IMG/VR virus record: IMGVR_UViG_3300031867_000002
Location: 96,001 to 160,000 of that record
DNA length: 64,000 bases
Origin: a virus
Lineage: Duplodnaviria > Caudoviricetes
Reading direction: 5' to 3' (one strand)
The notes under the pieces were generated by a model, which saw only the letters and a list, made by a program, of their open reading frames with translations, did not search any database and was not told the DNA's origin. The position numbers and the translations under genes were made by a program. Positions 20,457 through 31,067 of the stretch are shown here, piece after piece (position 1 is the stretch's first letter; every line of letters starts with the position of its first letter).

Positions 20457-20639
20457 TCATACCATCTTTAATGCCATTTCTACATGAGCTCCTTCGCTAT
20501 CAAATCTATCTGAATTAAAATGTAGCCAATTAGTAGCCTGTTCTTCTGTATCAAATAAGACATTAGTTACATCAGCAAAGATATAATCTCCTCTATAAGT
20601 CTTATATAAATATTTTCCTTCTTTAATAATAGTATACAT
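20457..20639 (-). CDS. Small hypothetical protein
   Basis: SD AGGAGG, operon context. Confidence 0.55.
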   Translation of the reverse strand: MYTIIKEGKYLYKTYRGDYIFADVTNVLFDTEEQATNWLHFNSDRFDSEGAHVEMALKMV

Positions 20640-20835
20640 AATTAATTAACCTCCTGATAAGTTTAATTACAATAATCCATGTAGTTATACTTAATATGAT
20701 AAGATATAAATAAGGATGTATTTTTCTAAAGAATAAGTCTCCTATATAGGTTTTATACTCTTTATCTTTGACTCTACCTATTATACATATATAACAAAAG
20801 AGTCCCACTATTAATGTTATTATTGTTGAAATCAT
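20623..20835 (-). CDS. Small membrane protein (two hydrophobic segments)
   Basis: Two hydrophobic stretches; SD GAGG. Confidence 0.5.
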   Translation of the reverse strand: MISTIITLIVGLFCYICIIGRVKDKEYKTYIGDLFFRKIHPYLYLIILSITTWIIVIKLIRRLINYVYYY

Positions 20836-20857
20836 ACGTATATACCTCTTAATAAAA

Positions 20858-20884
20858 GAGAGGGAATGATTACATTCCCTCTCA
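20858..20884 (-). terminator. Intrinsic terminator
   Basis: GAGAGGGAATG-atta-CATTCCCTCTC. Confidence 0.75.
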
Positions 20885-20889
20885 AAATT

Positions 20890-21702
20890 TTAATCCATGA
20901 TAGATGCAATGTCATTCATAACGTCTTCATATGTTGAAGAGTTATTTTTAGAACCTTCAGAAGATACAGAAGAAGAGCTATTACCGTTATTATTGAACCA
21001 GTTAGAACGATTATAATTCTTACTTCCATCGCTCTTAGAAATTCCAAGTTTCTCTCTTACATCCTTAATAAAGCTAAACTGTCTCGCTTCATTGAACTTA
21101 CCAGTCTCCATGATAGATGCTGCTACTGCATTTGTAGACGCATTGATAAACTGTACAAGCAGATTTTCAAACATGTCAAGTTCAAGACTATCTGCGTAAC
21201 TAGAATCTTTGCCGAAGTCAGAACCACCCATGTAATTTGTAATAACATACATGTCCTTAGTATTAAACTCATATGCTGCTTCTGCTTCTTTTTCACCAGT
21301 CTCATTGTTAATAAGATTGATTACTATGCAAACTCCACCGTGACCAAACATCTTATAACCATTTGCAATAAAGATGATGCCCTTGTTTGTGTTAACACCG
21401 ATGTTTGTATAAGCATCAGGATTCTTTCTGAATTCCTTTACACAATACAGAAGCATTTTAGCCTTAGAAGGGGACAGATAGATATCTACATGATTATCTG
21501 TATCTACTTTATTAGCAGAACCTTCCTTTACAATGATAGGATTCATTGTAATCTTGAGCAGAGAGTTCCAGAAGTTGAAACTCATAGAAGTGTTGTCGAT
21601 TTCAGATTCAGAGTTAAAGAATCTATAAGCTGAGCGAGTAGTGGGAGTGAAGATATCATTTCCACCGTTGTTGTTCTGACTGTTGTAATTGTTATTATTC
21701 AT
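20890..21702 (-). CDS. Hypothetical protein, possibly ssDNA-binding (S/N-rich linker, acidic tip)
   Basis: SD AGGAGG before ATG 21702; beta-rich N-domain, low-complexity linker, acidic C-terminus; function is a guess. Confidence 0.4.
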   Translation of the reverse strand: MNNNNYNSQNNNGGNDIFTPTTRSAYRFFNSESEIDNTSMSFNFWNSLLKITMNPIIVKEGSANKVDTDNHVDIYLSPSKAKMLLYCVKEFRKNPDAYTNIGVNTNKGIIFIANGYKMFGHGGVCIVINLINNETGEKEAEAAYEFNTKDMYVITNYMGGSDFGKDSSYADSLELDMFENLLVQFINASTNAVAASIMETGKFNEARQFSFIKDVREKLGISKSDGSKNYNRSNWFNNNGNSSSSVSSEGSKNNSSTYEDVMNDIASIMD

Positions 21703-21794
21703 AATACTTACCTCCTGGCTTTTAGCCATAATAATATTTTACTTATTTGTTTATGGTATGGTAATTTATAACTCTAATCGTACCTGATTAGGTC

Positions 21795-21807
21795 AACTTA
21801 TTAATAA
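21795..21807 (+). promoter_or_regulatory. Late-type phage promoter AACW-N6-TAA (example, upstream of terminase)
   Basis: AACT-TATTAA-TAA; 23 copies found in the window, listed in findings. Confidence 0.75.
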
Positions 21808-21831
21808 AAATCTTAAGAAAGGAGTATTATC

Positions 21832-24177
21832 ATGAAAATAGTAGATACTGGTATTACAATTATAGAAGAGAAAGAAGATAATAATGACGTCCAATATAAT
21901 CAACCAGATAATCTAGCTACTATGAATCCTATACCAAATGCCAATCAAAAAAGATATGTTCCATTGCTTAGTTTCATGGCTAATAGAAATAATAATGGTA
22001 TAGAAGAAGATAGACGATATGATGGTTCTGGATATGTATCTATCTTTTATCAAATGAATACTCAAAACCAGTCTTTTCTAGATATGCACTACTATTTAAA
22101 AGCAAAAGGTATTAAAAACAATAAGTTTCATTTATTGTTATATGATAAGGATTTAGCATATATTGACCCTCATGACCCATATTTACCTCCTCAAATAAAA
22201 CAAAAAGTATTTCTAGAATGTCAAAGAAACTTTTGGTATTATATAAGAGAAGTAGTTAGAGTACAAAGTCAGGGTGGACCTTATGTAAGATATAAACTAG
22301 ATAGAGGTAATCTAGCATTAAATTTTTGTTTTACATTGAATCTGAATATATATCAAGAACAACCACGTCAGACTGGTAAAACGGTTGCAACAGAAGTATG
22401 GTTTAGTTGGGTATATAACTTTGGTTCTCGTAATGCTAATATGGTATTCTTAAATAAGAAACATGATGACGCTAAACGTAACTTATCATCTCTTAAAGAT
22501 ATTATAAAAGCATTACCTACTTATTTACGTTTTGACCAAGCATTCGGTGTAGATGGTAAGAAGCTTAAAGCATCTAATACCGTGCAATATATCCAGCATA
22601 AGATTAACTTTAATAATATTAAAGCTCTACCAATGGCTCGTAACCGTACATCTGCTATATCTTTACTTCGTGGTCAAACTATTACTAACTGTTGGATTGA
22701 TGAATCTGCGTTCTTCCAATATTTAGAAGAATCTTTACAAAACGGTATGCCAGCATTGACTACCGCATTTAGAAACTGTAGAATTAATGGAGCACCTCAT
22801 GGACTTTGTTTAACTTCTACACCTGGATTCTTAACAACAGAAGAAGGTCAATATATGTATGACCTTAAAAATAAGATGACTCCATTCTCTGAACTATGGT
22901 ATGATTTTTCTTTACAGAAATTAACAGAGACATTAAATGCTAATGAGAAGTCTATCTTTGTATATATTAAAACAACTTATCAACAACTAGGATATTCTGA
23001 AGAATGGCTTAAAGAAAGAATCAAAGAACAGAACCAAAAATGGACTGACATAAGACGTGAATTCTTACTTGAATGGGCTACATCTTCTGAAAATTGTCCA
23101 TTCTCTCAAGAGGAACTTAGAAATGTGCAAAGATATGTACGCAATCCAATTAAACAAGTTTATATTTCCAACTTCTTATTCAATATCTATTCTGAGATAT
23201 CTCCAAGAGATAAGACATTGATTGGTGTAGACGTTGCGGCAGGTTACTCTAAAGACTCTTCTGCAATTTCTGTTACAGATTCTAAGACTACTAAACTTGT
23301 AGCAGACTTTAACTGTAACTATATTAACCCAGTTGATTTGGCTACAGTAATATATAACCTTGTATTAAACTACTTACCTAACTCATTAATTACTATCGAG
23401 CGTAATGGTGTAGGTACAGGTACACTAGCTAAGTTAATGAAATCTAAGATTAGAAATAATCTATATTATGAGATTAAAGAGCGTACTATAGAAGAACGTC
23501 CTGATGGATTAAGGTCTCATAAGAGAAAACAACTTACTAAAGTATATGGTGTAGATAATACTGGTACTGTACGTGAACAATTAATGGACTTATTAACTGA
23601 CCGTGTAAGAGACCATTATGATAAATTCATATCTCCTATCTTGTATGAAGAATTAAAGAATCTAGAAATTAAAAAGACTGGTCGTATAGACCACTCTGCT
23701 AATAGTCATGACGATAGTACATTCTCTTACCTATATTCTATTTATCCTATTTATTATGGAAAGAATGTAAGAGAAAATTGGAATATATCTATACCTACAT
23801 TAAGAACAGCAGATGATGAGGCACAAGAAATATTCCAAGACTTTAGTGCTATAGAAGAGATATCTATTGTTAGAGATATAGAAAATCTTGAAAATGATGA
23901 TATGATTAATGAACAACTTAAACAGTTGGATAAGACAAAATTATATAGTCAATTCTTAGCACAGCAACAAGCTGAAAATGATAGAGCTATGGCTCAAATA
24001 TTATCTACTAAAATAGGTAGAGAAGCATATGCTAGACAATTTAATATTCCTATAGAAAATATAGAATCCGATGAAACTGGATTTAGTATGCTAGGAGCTA
24101 TAAATAATTTCTACTCAGAATCTCTAGATGAAAGCGAAGATTATCAAAGATATAATGATTATCCGTGGAGACAATAA
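21832..24177 (+). CDS. terL: Terminase large subunit
   Basis: Walker A PRQTGKT, Walker B CWIDE, LTSTP, nuclease motifs IGVDVAAG, IERNGVG and HDD. Confidence 0.92.
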   Translation: MKIVDTGITIIEEKEDNNDVQYNQPDNLATMNPIPNANQKRYVPLLSFMANRNNNGIEEDRRYDGSGYVSIFYQMNTQNQSFLDMHYYLKAKGIKNNKFHLLLYDKDLAYIDPHDPYLPPQIKQKVFLECQRNFWYYIREVVRVQSQGGPYVRYKLDRGNLALNFCFTLNLNIYQEQPRQTGKTVATEVWFSWVYNFGSRNANMVFLNKKHDDAKRNLSSLKDIIKALPTYLRFDQAFGVDGKKLKASNTVQYIQHKINFNNIKALPMARNRTSAISLLRGQTITNCWIDESAFFQYLEESLQNGMPALTTAFRNCRINGAPHGLCLTSTPGFLTTEEGQYMYDLKNKMTPFSELWYDFSLQKLTETLNANEKSIFVYIKTTYQQLGYSEEWLKERIKEQNQKWTDIRREFLLEWATSSENCPFSQEELRNVQRYVRNPIKQVYISNFLFNIYSEISPRDKTLIGVDVAAGYSKDSSAISVTDSKTTKLVADFNCNYINPVDLATVIYNLVLNYLPNSLITIERNGVGTGTLAKLMKSKIRNNLYYEIKERTIEERPDGLRSHKRKQLTKVYGVDNTGTVREQLMDLLTDRVRDHYDKFISPILYEELKNLEIKKTGRIDHSANSHDDSTFSYLYSIYPIYYGKNVRENWNISIPTLRTADDEAQEIFQDFSAIEEISIVRDIENLENDDMINEQLKQLDKTKLYSQFLAQQQAENDRAMAQILSTKIGREAYARQFNIPIENIESDETGFSMLGAINNFYSESLDESEDYQRYNDYPWRQ

Positions 24178-24182
24178 AAGAA

Positions 24183-24208
24183 CCCCACACCAATAAAGGT
24201 GTGGGGAT
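24183..24208. terminator. Bidirectional terminator
   Basis: CCCCACACC-aataaa-GGTGTGGGG between convergent genes. Confidence 0.8.
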
Positions 24209-24212
24209 TTTA

Positions 24213-24821
24213 TTATCCTAACAGAGCATCAATTATTTCATCAAAAGTATCGGCAGACATCATTACTCCATACATAGAACTAACATTGATTTTTTCACAT
24301 TTATCATCATTATATTTTTTATGCTGGCATTCATGCAGACACTTCTTAGCACAATTAGTAGAACACTTGTTATCGCTATTACAAGTATCTTTTGCTTTTT
24401 TATAATTTTTAACAAGTTCGTTATACTTATTTTCTTTGAACCAACTCTTTATCATATCTTTATTATCAAGCATAGAAGCAGTCATCTTATCAGTAGTTGT
24501 ATCTTTCTTATTTGTAACAAAATGAACTACTTCCCAGAAATGATTAAAGATAAATTCATTGTTAGGAACCCACGGTGTATTCTTACCATCTAAACTCTTA
24601 TAAAGATATCTACTATTCATTTTAGAATTATCATCAGGATTTTGAAGCTTGATTACAATACCTTCTTTCCATGTTCTAATTCTAATACCATATTCATCAT
24701 CTTTAGATTTATTGTCTTCTAATTCAACTAGTTTGTCGAGAGCTTTACCAAATGATAAAAAGCTTTCAATGATATCATAATTGCAATTAGTAGTTGTTGT
24801 TTCTTCATACATATCAACCAT
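24213..24821 (-). CDS. DUF2829/Tad2-like domain protein with C-terminal extension
   Basis: SFGKAL...IRIRTW...IKLQNPDDNSKM..RYLY...PWVP....F...WEVV pattern. Confidence 0.6.
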   Translation of the reverse strand: MVDMYEETTTTNCNYDIIESFLSFGKALDKLVELEDNKSKDDEYGIRIRTWKEGIVIKLQNPDDNSKMNSRYLYKSLDGKNTPWVPNNEFIFNHFWEVVHFVTNKKDTTTDKMTASMLDNKDMIKSWFKENKYNELVKNYKKAKDTCNSDNKCSTNCAKKCLHECQHKKYNDDKCEKINVSSMYGVMMSADTFDEIIDALLG

Positions 24822-24835
24822 TTTAGTTACCTCCA

Positions 24836-25090
24836 TTAGTTAAAATCTTTAATAACTTTGTTTTCGAACTTCTTATAAGCATCCAGATAGAGTTCGTTAG
24901 TATCTCTATTATATGTACACTCATAGTACATACCATCGGGAAGAGTAGTACTAATACACGCCTTCCAGTTCTGAAGTGCCTTGCAAGTCCATACGATATA
25001 AACATCGTCAAGCGTGATAGAAACCTCATCGGTTTTATCAAGGTGTGATACAACATAGTCGTATACTACTTTTCTCATCTTATCAAACAT
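24836..25090 (-). CDS. DUF6275-like protein
   Basis: VYIVWTCKALQNWKACIST...GMYYECTYN...ELYLDAYKKFEN. Confidence 0.75.
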   Translation of the reverse strand: MFDKMRKVVYDYVVSHLDKTDEVSITLDDVYIVWTCKALQNWKACISTTLPDGMYYECTYNRDTNELYLDAYKKFENKVIKDFN

Positions 25091-25138
25091 GATAGATTCC
25101 TCCTTATAAAAATTTACTATTTTGTTTCTGAATGTGTA

Positions 25139-25525
25139 TTATTTAAAAGTCGGGATTTCACGATTCAGAATTTCATCAAAACCAGATGTAGACAACTCCT
25201 CAATGTAACGAATATCTGCCACATTAATAGAAGTAGTCTTGGAAATATTATCATCTGAATAGTCAATCTTAAGTGTATCTACTACAGTAGGTTTAGTATT
25301 CTGATTTACAAAAGATAAAACCTCTTCTGTATTACACATAGTATATCCAGTAATACGTGCATTATAAGTACGAAGTCCTGTCATATTATCTGCAACAGTA
25401 ATCTTATATACCTTATCAGAAGAAATCTCGTATACACATTTAGCAATCTTATCTTTCTTTTGATACGATACCTCTAGAACAAGTCTTAATACTGCCTTAG
25501 CATTACAAGTTAAAAAAGAAACCAT
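25139..25525 (-). CDS. Hypothetical protein, paralog of the core of 53344-53904
   Basis: Shared G..T..ARI and DYSD...SK...I....I..I motifs. Confidence 0.6.
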   Translation of the reverse strand: MVSFLTCNAKAVLRLVLEVSYQKKDKIAKCVYEISSDKVYKITVADNMTGLRTYNARITGYTMCNTEEVLSFVNQNTKPTVVDTLKIDYSDDNISKTTSINVADIRYIEELSTSGFDEILNREIPTFK

Positions 25526-25558
25526 ATAATTACCTCCTTTGGTATTTTAATAAAATGT

Positions 25559-25583
25559 TGAGGGGTGATTATCTCACCCCTCA
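25559..25583 (-). terminator. Terminator-like hairpin
   Basis: TGAGGGGTGA-ttatc-TCACCCCTCA. Confidence 0.65.
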
Positions 25584-25587
25584 TATA

Positions 25588-27405
25588 TTATCTCTTTCTC
25601 TTATTTCTCTTTCTATTCTTTTTAGTGTTTCTCATCTTAAGTGGAGTCATATACTTATCAATCTCATCAACAAGCCAATCTACACCTTTCTTAATAGCTT
25701 GAATAGCTCTACTATTATTAGCTGTATAGTTTAGATTGAGAAGAGAGTTGGTAAGATAGTATCCATATATGTGTTCTTCAAGACTACCATCTTCTACAGC
25801 TGCTTTAACTTCAGATACAACAAGAGAGATTATAGTCTTAGAATAATCTTCTGGATATCCTGCTGTTAAAAGACCCTTGAGACAAATATCTAAATCTCTT
25901 GGTTTTGGAGATATTTTAGAAATAGTATTATTATAATCTTCTACTAGTTTATTCCAATTGTCTCTACCATTCTTATAATGTTTATTACAGATAGATGGAT
26001 TATCAGAAATTTTATTTCCTATTCTTATCATGCTAAGAGATTCTTCAAAGTTTTTAGCAACCAATTCTAATTGATTTGCTTTTTCTGGGTCTGTGTCTCT
26101 AATCTCTTTAGATTTTTCAAGAAGATTGGTAGTAAACTTATCATAAACTTCATCATTATATTCATCCATCATAGTACCTACAATATTACCCATAGGCGCA
26201 AGTGTTTCTTTAAGTTCTGTGTTGAAGTCTTTAATCTCTCTATCAAGATAGGTATTATTAACAAGGTCATTAATAAATGACTTTGCAAAGAAGTTAATAG
26301 TAGAACGGTCTGCTCCAACAGACATAGCTTCTTTAAGAATTACATCCTTAATAGACTGAGGTAATGCTTCAAATACATTGAATTTCTCATGAGCTTTATA
26401 ACGATTCATTACAGAAATTAACTGAGCTGCATCTTGATAAGTTACGCTATCATATTGTTCCATAAGTGCAGAAGTAATTACTTCATCAGGAAGATTAATT
26501 TCAGTTACAGGAACATCATTAAATTCTTCGATACTCATAGGTTTGTCTTTATCATCTTCTTCAACTTTAGGAAGAGCTTCGGTTAATGCTTCTCCAGAAG
26601 TAACTTTATCAATAGTTGTATTAAGATTATCTATTACATTTTCTAAAGATTCATTATCATCAAAAGTAGCTGGTTCTGATAGTATAGCTACAGCAGATGG
26701 AAAACCAAAAGCTACTTTATTAATAGATTCTTTAGAAAGCTTTGGCTTTTCTTTTTCTCCTTCTTTAAATACATTAATTACAGATTCTGCATCCATTCGA
26801 GTATTCTCTTCAACAAGAGTAACACCTTCAACTGGAGTAGCAATTTCACCTGTTCCATCAGACCATTTTTCTTCTGTGAATTCAACTGGAAATGAACTCT
26901 CCTGAATTTCCTCCTGAGATATTACCTCTGTTACTTGTTCGATATCACCAGCAATAGGTGTATTAAGATTTGCTCTAAGTTCTGCTTCAATATTACTCAT
27001 AGCTTCATTATCCTCCTTAGTCATTTGCTGTGTAGTTTTACCTAGTTTTCTAGCTTTCATATCTTGATATTTCTGATACATACCATTAGCAATAAGTTCA
27101 TTTCTTTCTTCAATACTCATTGGTGTATCAGATTCAAAAATACCTTTAAGAATCTCCTCTTCAACAGCAATATTATCTTGTTCTAATTCTCGCTGTTCTT
27201 GCATGATAGGGTCATAGAATTTTGATGTTTCTTTAATCTGGTCCATCAATATAACATCTGGATTTTCCATACGGGTTTTACAAAGAGAATCAATTAGATT
27301 ATTGATATCTTTTCTACTCATATCTTTATGAGTAATATCCATATCAGATGGTGAATAAGCATAATTTCCTTCATTGATAGGATATGCATTGTCGATAATA
27401 GGCAT
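25588..27405 (-). CDS. Hypothetical protein (605 aa; acidic, basic C-terminal tail)
   Basis: Long ORF, overlaps the upstream stop (TAATG). Confidence 0.6.
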   Translation of the reverse strand: MPIIDNAYPINEGNYAYSPSDMDITHKDMSRKDINNLIDSLCKTRMENPDVILMDQIKETSKFYDPIMQEQRELEQDNIAVEEEILKGIFESDTPMSIEERNELIANGMYQKYQDMKARKLGKTTQQMTKEDNEAMSNIEAELRANLNTPIAGDIEQVTEVISQEEIQESSFPVEFTEEKWSDGTGEIATPVEGVTLVEENTRMDAESVINVFKEGEKEKPKLSKESINKVAFGFPSAVAILSEPATFDDNESLENVIDNLNTTIDKVTSGEALTEALPKVEEDDKDKPMSIEEFNDVPVTEINLPDEVITSALMEQYDSVTYQDAAQLISVMNRYKAHEKFNVFEALPQSIKDVILKEAMSVGADRSTINFFAKSFINDLVNNTYLDREIKDFNTELKETLAPMGNIVGTMMDEYNDEVYDKFTTNLLEKSKEIRDTDPEKANQLELVAKNFEESLSMIRIGNKISDNPSICNKHYKNGRDNWNKLVEDYNNTISKISPKPRDLDICLKGLLTAGYPEDYSKTIISLVVSEVKAAVEDGSLEEHIYGYYLTNSLLNLNYTANNSRAIQAIKKGVDWLVDEIDKYMTPLKMRNTKKNRKRNKRKR

Positions 27406-28238
27406 TAATATTCAGCTCCTTCTTCCTCTTCATTATATTCTTCATCATTAGTATCTTGTTGTTCTGGAACTTGTTCTTGTTGAGAAACCATTATATCCGA
27501 TTCTAATAGCTTTTGAATTGCAATTCTAATCTCTGTTAGAATAGTTGGATTATTTACTACTTGACAAAATTCATCTTTAAAGATATTTCCAAAAGGTTGA
27601 ATGTTTTGATATAAGAAGTCACACATATCTCTATTATAATTAAATGACAAGAAAGTATAAAGGTCTATATCAAATCCAGACATATAATATACCACTTCTT
27701 TAATACGTGCAATTATAATAGATACTACTTGGTCATTATATGCTTTTCGTATATAATTAGAAGTACTGTCTTTAATCTTCTTATATCTATCTAATCCCAT
27801 AGCATCATAGAATTGATTTCTATTAGTATAGATATAACGAGCAAAAAAATTAATAATGTTTCTAGCATAGCCAGAAACAAAAAGGTCATATAAATTATAA
27901 GCTAGAATATAACAGTCTGGTTCATTACCAACATACTGTACATTAAAAGAAGAACAAATTTTATTGATTATATTAAGATAAGTTTCATATCTAATAGACA
28001 TAATATTATCTGCATCTGATGGGAATCTACCAAGCATATCTTTAAAGTTAATTTCATAAGAGTTAACAATATTTGGATTGGATAAAGTAGGATTATAAGC
28101 AAATCTATTCTTAATAGAGTTATCAATAACATCCATCACATATGAGTTACTAAATTGAGAGAGTAGACTAGCTACTTCTCCTTCTGCGACCATATTATAA
28201 ATCTGGTCATTTCTATACAAGTCAATCATGAGAGACAC
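27405..28238 (-). CDS. Hypothetical protein (277 aa; ATG at 28229 may be the true start)
   Basis: SD AAGGAG, late-type promoter 28256-28268. Confidence 0.6.
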   Translation of the reverse strand: MSLMIDLYRNDQIYNMVAEGEVASLLSQFSNSYVMDVIDNSIKNRFAYNPTLSNPNIVNSYEINFKDMLGRFPSDADNIMSIRYETYLNIINKICSSFNVQYVGNEPDCYILAYNLYDLFVSGYARNIINFFARYIYTNRNQFYDAMGLDRYKKIKDSTSNYIRKAYNDQVVSIIIARIKEVVYYMSGFDIDLYTFLSFNYNRDMCDFLYQNIQPFGNIFKDEFCQVVNNPTILTEIRIAIQKLLESDIMVSQQEQVPEQQDTNDEEYNEEEEGAEY

Positions 28239-28290
28239 ACTCCTTTATATAAATATTACTAAATTGTTAAATTATGTGTTGAGTACAAAA

Positions 28291-28319
28291 AAGAAGGGCT
28301 GGAGTAGAGCAGCCCTTCT
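28291..28319 (-). terminator. Intrinsic terminator
   Basis: AGAAGGGCTG...CAGCCCTTCT with U-tract on minus strand. Confidence 0.75.
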
Positions 28320-28336
28320 AAAGCAATAGTTATTTA

Positions 28337-29512
28337 TTACTGCATCTTATTTTTTAAAAGAATAGTTTTGTCATATAAATAGACCCAGAATTTCGGGTCT
28401 TTCATTGCTGCATTTGGATTCCAGATAGAATAGTATGTCAGTGCATATTTGATTAATTGCGGGCCTATTTGTTGGAATATAAGTCTTGGGTCGGTAATGA
28501 AATACCAGAACCCATATTTATCTTTTTCCAGAAAGATTCTTATAGGTGAAATTATTGCGTATATCAAAGATGTCGGAATATAGCCTGGTAAAGACTCATT
28601 GGAAAAAGTAGTCTTTTGCTTTTTGTCTTTGTCAATATCATTTAATATTGTTTTTGTTTTGTCAGGAAGTGTTACAGACAAACTTTTATAGCGCCCTACT
28701 TTATTGTAAAGTGTGACAAAGTTGCGTTCGGTATAATCAAATAAATTGATTATGTCGGTAATAACATTCTTGAGGGCATAGTATGGATTTTCGGGAGTTT
28801 CACCATATTTCTCATACATTTTTGCATAATCTAATTGGGTGTGCCTTGCGGAGTTGTAACTGTCTGTCGGGGCCTTTTCACATATATCCCCATGGCCCCA
28901 TCTATCAGGGTCGAAGGAATTTAATAACCCTATTATTCTAGTGCAGAGAATTCTTTTCTTTGAATTCTCTTCCCATTTAATATCAAAGTAGTAGGGTTCA
29001 TTTAATATTTCCTTCTTAATGAAATCAAAATAACCTCTAAGGTTATTAAGAGACATCTCCTTAACTTTTTCTGTCGTATTAAAAGTCTCAGAGATTTTAT
29101 TAGCGAGAGCCACAGCACCCTTACCATAGATAACTTTTGCCATTATTTTGGCATTAGAATCTTTATTTCTTAACGCCACGGTAAATGAATGTCCGCCGTC
29201 AACCAATCCCTGTGTCTTATCAGTAAAGACAAATGTGACATCACCTCCTTTACTATAGATACAGTCATCACAAACTATCGTCAAACCTCTATTCAGCACC
29301 TCAAAGAGCTCAGGCTCTTCTTGAATTGTCGTTTCAATCTTCTTCGTGGTGCTACCTTCATGAAATGAGCGGGGATTTGCCTCTCTGGGCAAAAACTTAA
29401 GCTCAGAAACTTTGATACGCATTATTGCGGTATCTACTTCGCCAATACCTTCGATATTTGTTCTGAAGGCAGGAATCATTTCTGCTTTAATGGTGATATT
29501 TGTAGTTTTCAT
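28337..29512 (-). CDS. AIPR family protein (ParB-like fold), copy 1
   Basis: ANPR, PELF..LNRGLTIVC, GLVDGGHS, IS..FNT motifs. Confidence 0.8.
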   Translation of the reverse strand: MKTTNITIKAEMIPAFRTNIEGIGEVDTAIMRIKVSELKFLPREANPRSFHEGSTTKKIETTIQEEPELFEVLNRGLTIVCDDCIYSKGGDVTFVFTDKTQGLVDGGHSFTVALRNKDSNAKIMAKVIYGKGAVALANKISETFNTTEKVKEMSLNNLRGYFDFIKKEILNEPYYFDIKWEENSKKRILCTRIIGLLNSFDPDRWGHGDICEKAPTDSYNSARHTQLDYAKMYEKYGETPENPYYALKNVITDIINLFDYTERNFVTLYNKVGRYKSLSVTLPDKTKTILNDIDKDKKQKTTFSNESLPGYIPTSLIYAIISPIRIFLEKDKYGFWYFITDPRLIFQQIGPQLIKYALTYYSIWNPNAAMKDPKFWVYLYDKTILLKNKMQ

Positions 29513-29637
29513 AATTATACCTCATAGGTACTGCTCTTGGACCATAATAAATTTAATATAGTGCCTCTATGGGCTAGCGGTCCTCCACAGGATAGGGTTT
29601 ATGACTCCACTATCACAATAATAATATATAATACAAA

Positions 29638-29670
29638 AAAAGAAGACTGACATATAGTCAGTCTTCTTTT
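29638..29670 (-). terminator. Intrinsic terminator
   Basis: AAAAGAAGACTGAC-atata-GTCAGTCTTCTTTT. Confidence 0.8.
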
Positions 29671-29677
29671 ATAATGC

Positions 29678-31030
29678 TTAATCTTCAAGATTATTGACAT
29701 TGAAGATGATAATCATGCTACCAGGTTCGGTAATATAATCTGAATCATCTTCAACTTTGAAATTATCAGGATTATACTTGTAGTCTGCATTTTTAGGTGT
29801 AGGAAGAGTTCCATTAAATACGAACGTACCGAAGTTATCTGAGATTTCAGATTTCTTTACTTTGTCAGTAAAGCATAAACGCTTATGTTCGTTTATATAG
29901 AGCTTGATAGGTTTCATATCTTCAGTTCTAAACTCGGCAATATAGTCGATATACTTAAGGATAATGAAGCCTACCTTTGTCTTCCATGCTTTTTCAATAC
30001 CAATCTCATCGGCTTTCTCATTAAACTCTTTTACAAGCTTTCTGAGATTATAATTGTAATTGGTAATAAGGTCATCTTTAAAAGCGTCATGAGAAGCAAT
30101 TTTATAGTCAATCTTGTCACTCATCTTGGTGATTAAATCCATTTCTACATCATACTTATACTCTGGATTATCATTTCTATAATCTTCTACTGCAATTAAA
30201 TAGCTACTGATATAAGGCTTCTTCTCAGTTGTCATTACAGGTTTATCGAAAATGAATTCAGGCTTAATCTTAAGAGTGGCTTCATCTTTATTATTCAAAA
30301 CAGATGGGTTTTTGATTCTAACATCAGTGTTCATAGCTTTAATTCCATCCGAAATAACGATACAATATTCACGATAATCCTTTCTACCATTATCAATAGA
30401 ATGGAGTGTATGAACAAGTATCCATTTAGAATCTTCGTTAGGTGAGATATAAATATATTTGTTATACTTATTAATGAACTGAATCATTGTCACCATCTGT
30501 CGATATGCTACAAATTTCTCAGGGTCTTCATTAAACTTAATCTTAAGTTTATTCAGACAGCTAAGCATATCAGCTTTAGTATCAAGAATATATCTTTTAA
30601 ATCCATTACAATTCATATCCTTTTTATTGATGAGTACAATTGTATCATCAGGATAAGAACAAATGTGAGTAATGTCTACCATATCGGTATTAATTACATC
30701 GGGTTCAATTCTATAATCAGATTTGATAAGATAATGTGGGAAATAATAGATTACTCCATATTTCTTATCCTTATCTTTCTCATCTACATGAGGTTTGAAA
30801 CAGTCTGGATGAGGTGTAAGTGAACAAGTATACTTGTCAACTTTCTCACAAGTAGCATCAAAAGGTCTCAAAGTACTCAAAGTACCATTTTTGATATATC
30901 TGTTTACATATTCTTCATGAGTTGTATTTACATATTCAACTCCGAGAATTTCCTTAAAATTAATTTTGTTTGTGTTATTCATAGTAACATCTCCATTTTC
31001 GTTTTCATTTAAATACTTATTGTCTTTCAT
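29678..31030 (-). CDS. Hypothetical protein (about 450 aa)
   Basis: SD AAGGAG before ATG 31030. Confidence 0.6.
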   Translation of the reverse strand: MKDNKYLNENENGDVTMNNTNKINFKEILGVEYVNTTHEEYVNRYIKNGTLSTLRPFDATCEKVDKYTCSLTPHPDCFKPHVDEKDKDKKYGVIYYFPHYLIKSDYRIEPDVINTDMVDITHICSYPDDTIVLINKKDMNCNGFKRYILDTKADMLSCLNKLKIKFNEDPEKFVAYRQMVTMIQFINKYNKYIYISPNEDSKWILVHTLHSIDNGRKDYREYCIVISDGIKAMNTDVRIKNPSVLNNKDEATLKIKPEFIFDKPVMTTEKKPYISSYLIAVEDYRNDNPEYKYDVEMDLITKMSDKIDYKIASHDAFKDDLITNYNYNLRKLVKEFNEKADEIGIEKAWKTKVGFIILKYIDYIAEFRTEDMKPIKLYINEHKRLCFTDKVKKSEISDNFGTFVFNGTLPTPKNADYKYNPDNFKVEDDSDYITEPGSMIIIFNVNNLED

Positions 31031-31067
31031 TGTAAAGACTCCTTTCAAATTATAAGATTTTATAAAA

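Noticed and set aside
21832-24177. Intein or intron in terminase or RNAP genes
   Set aside because: Both ORFs are continuous, with no C..HN intein ends or LAGLIDADG motifs seen
25588-27405. Chimallin (phage nucleus shell) candidate based on size
   Set aside because: Only the length fits; no recognisable similarity, and it lies in a late-type unit
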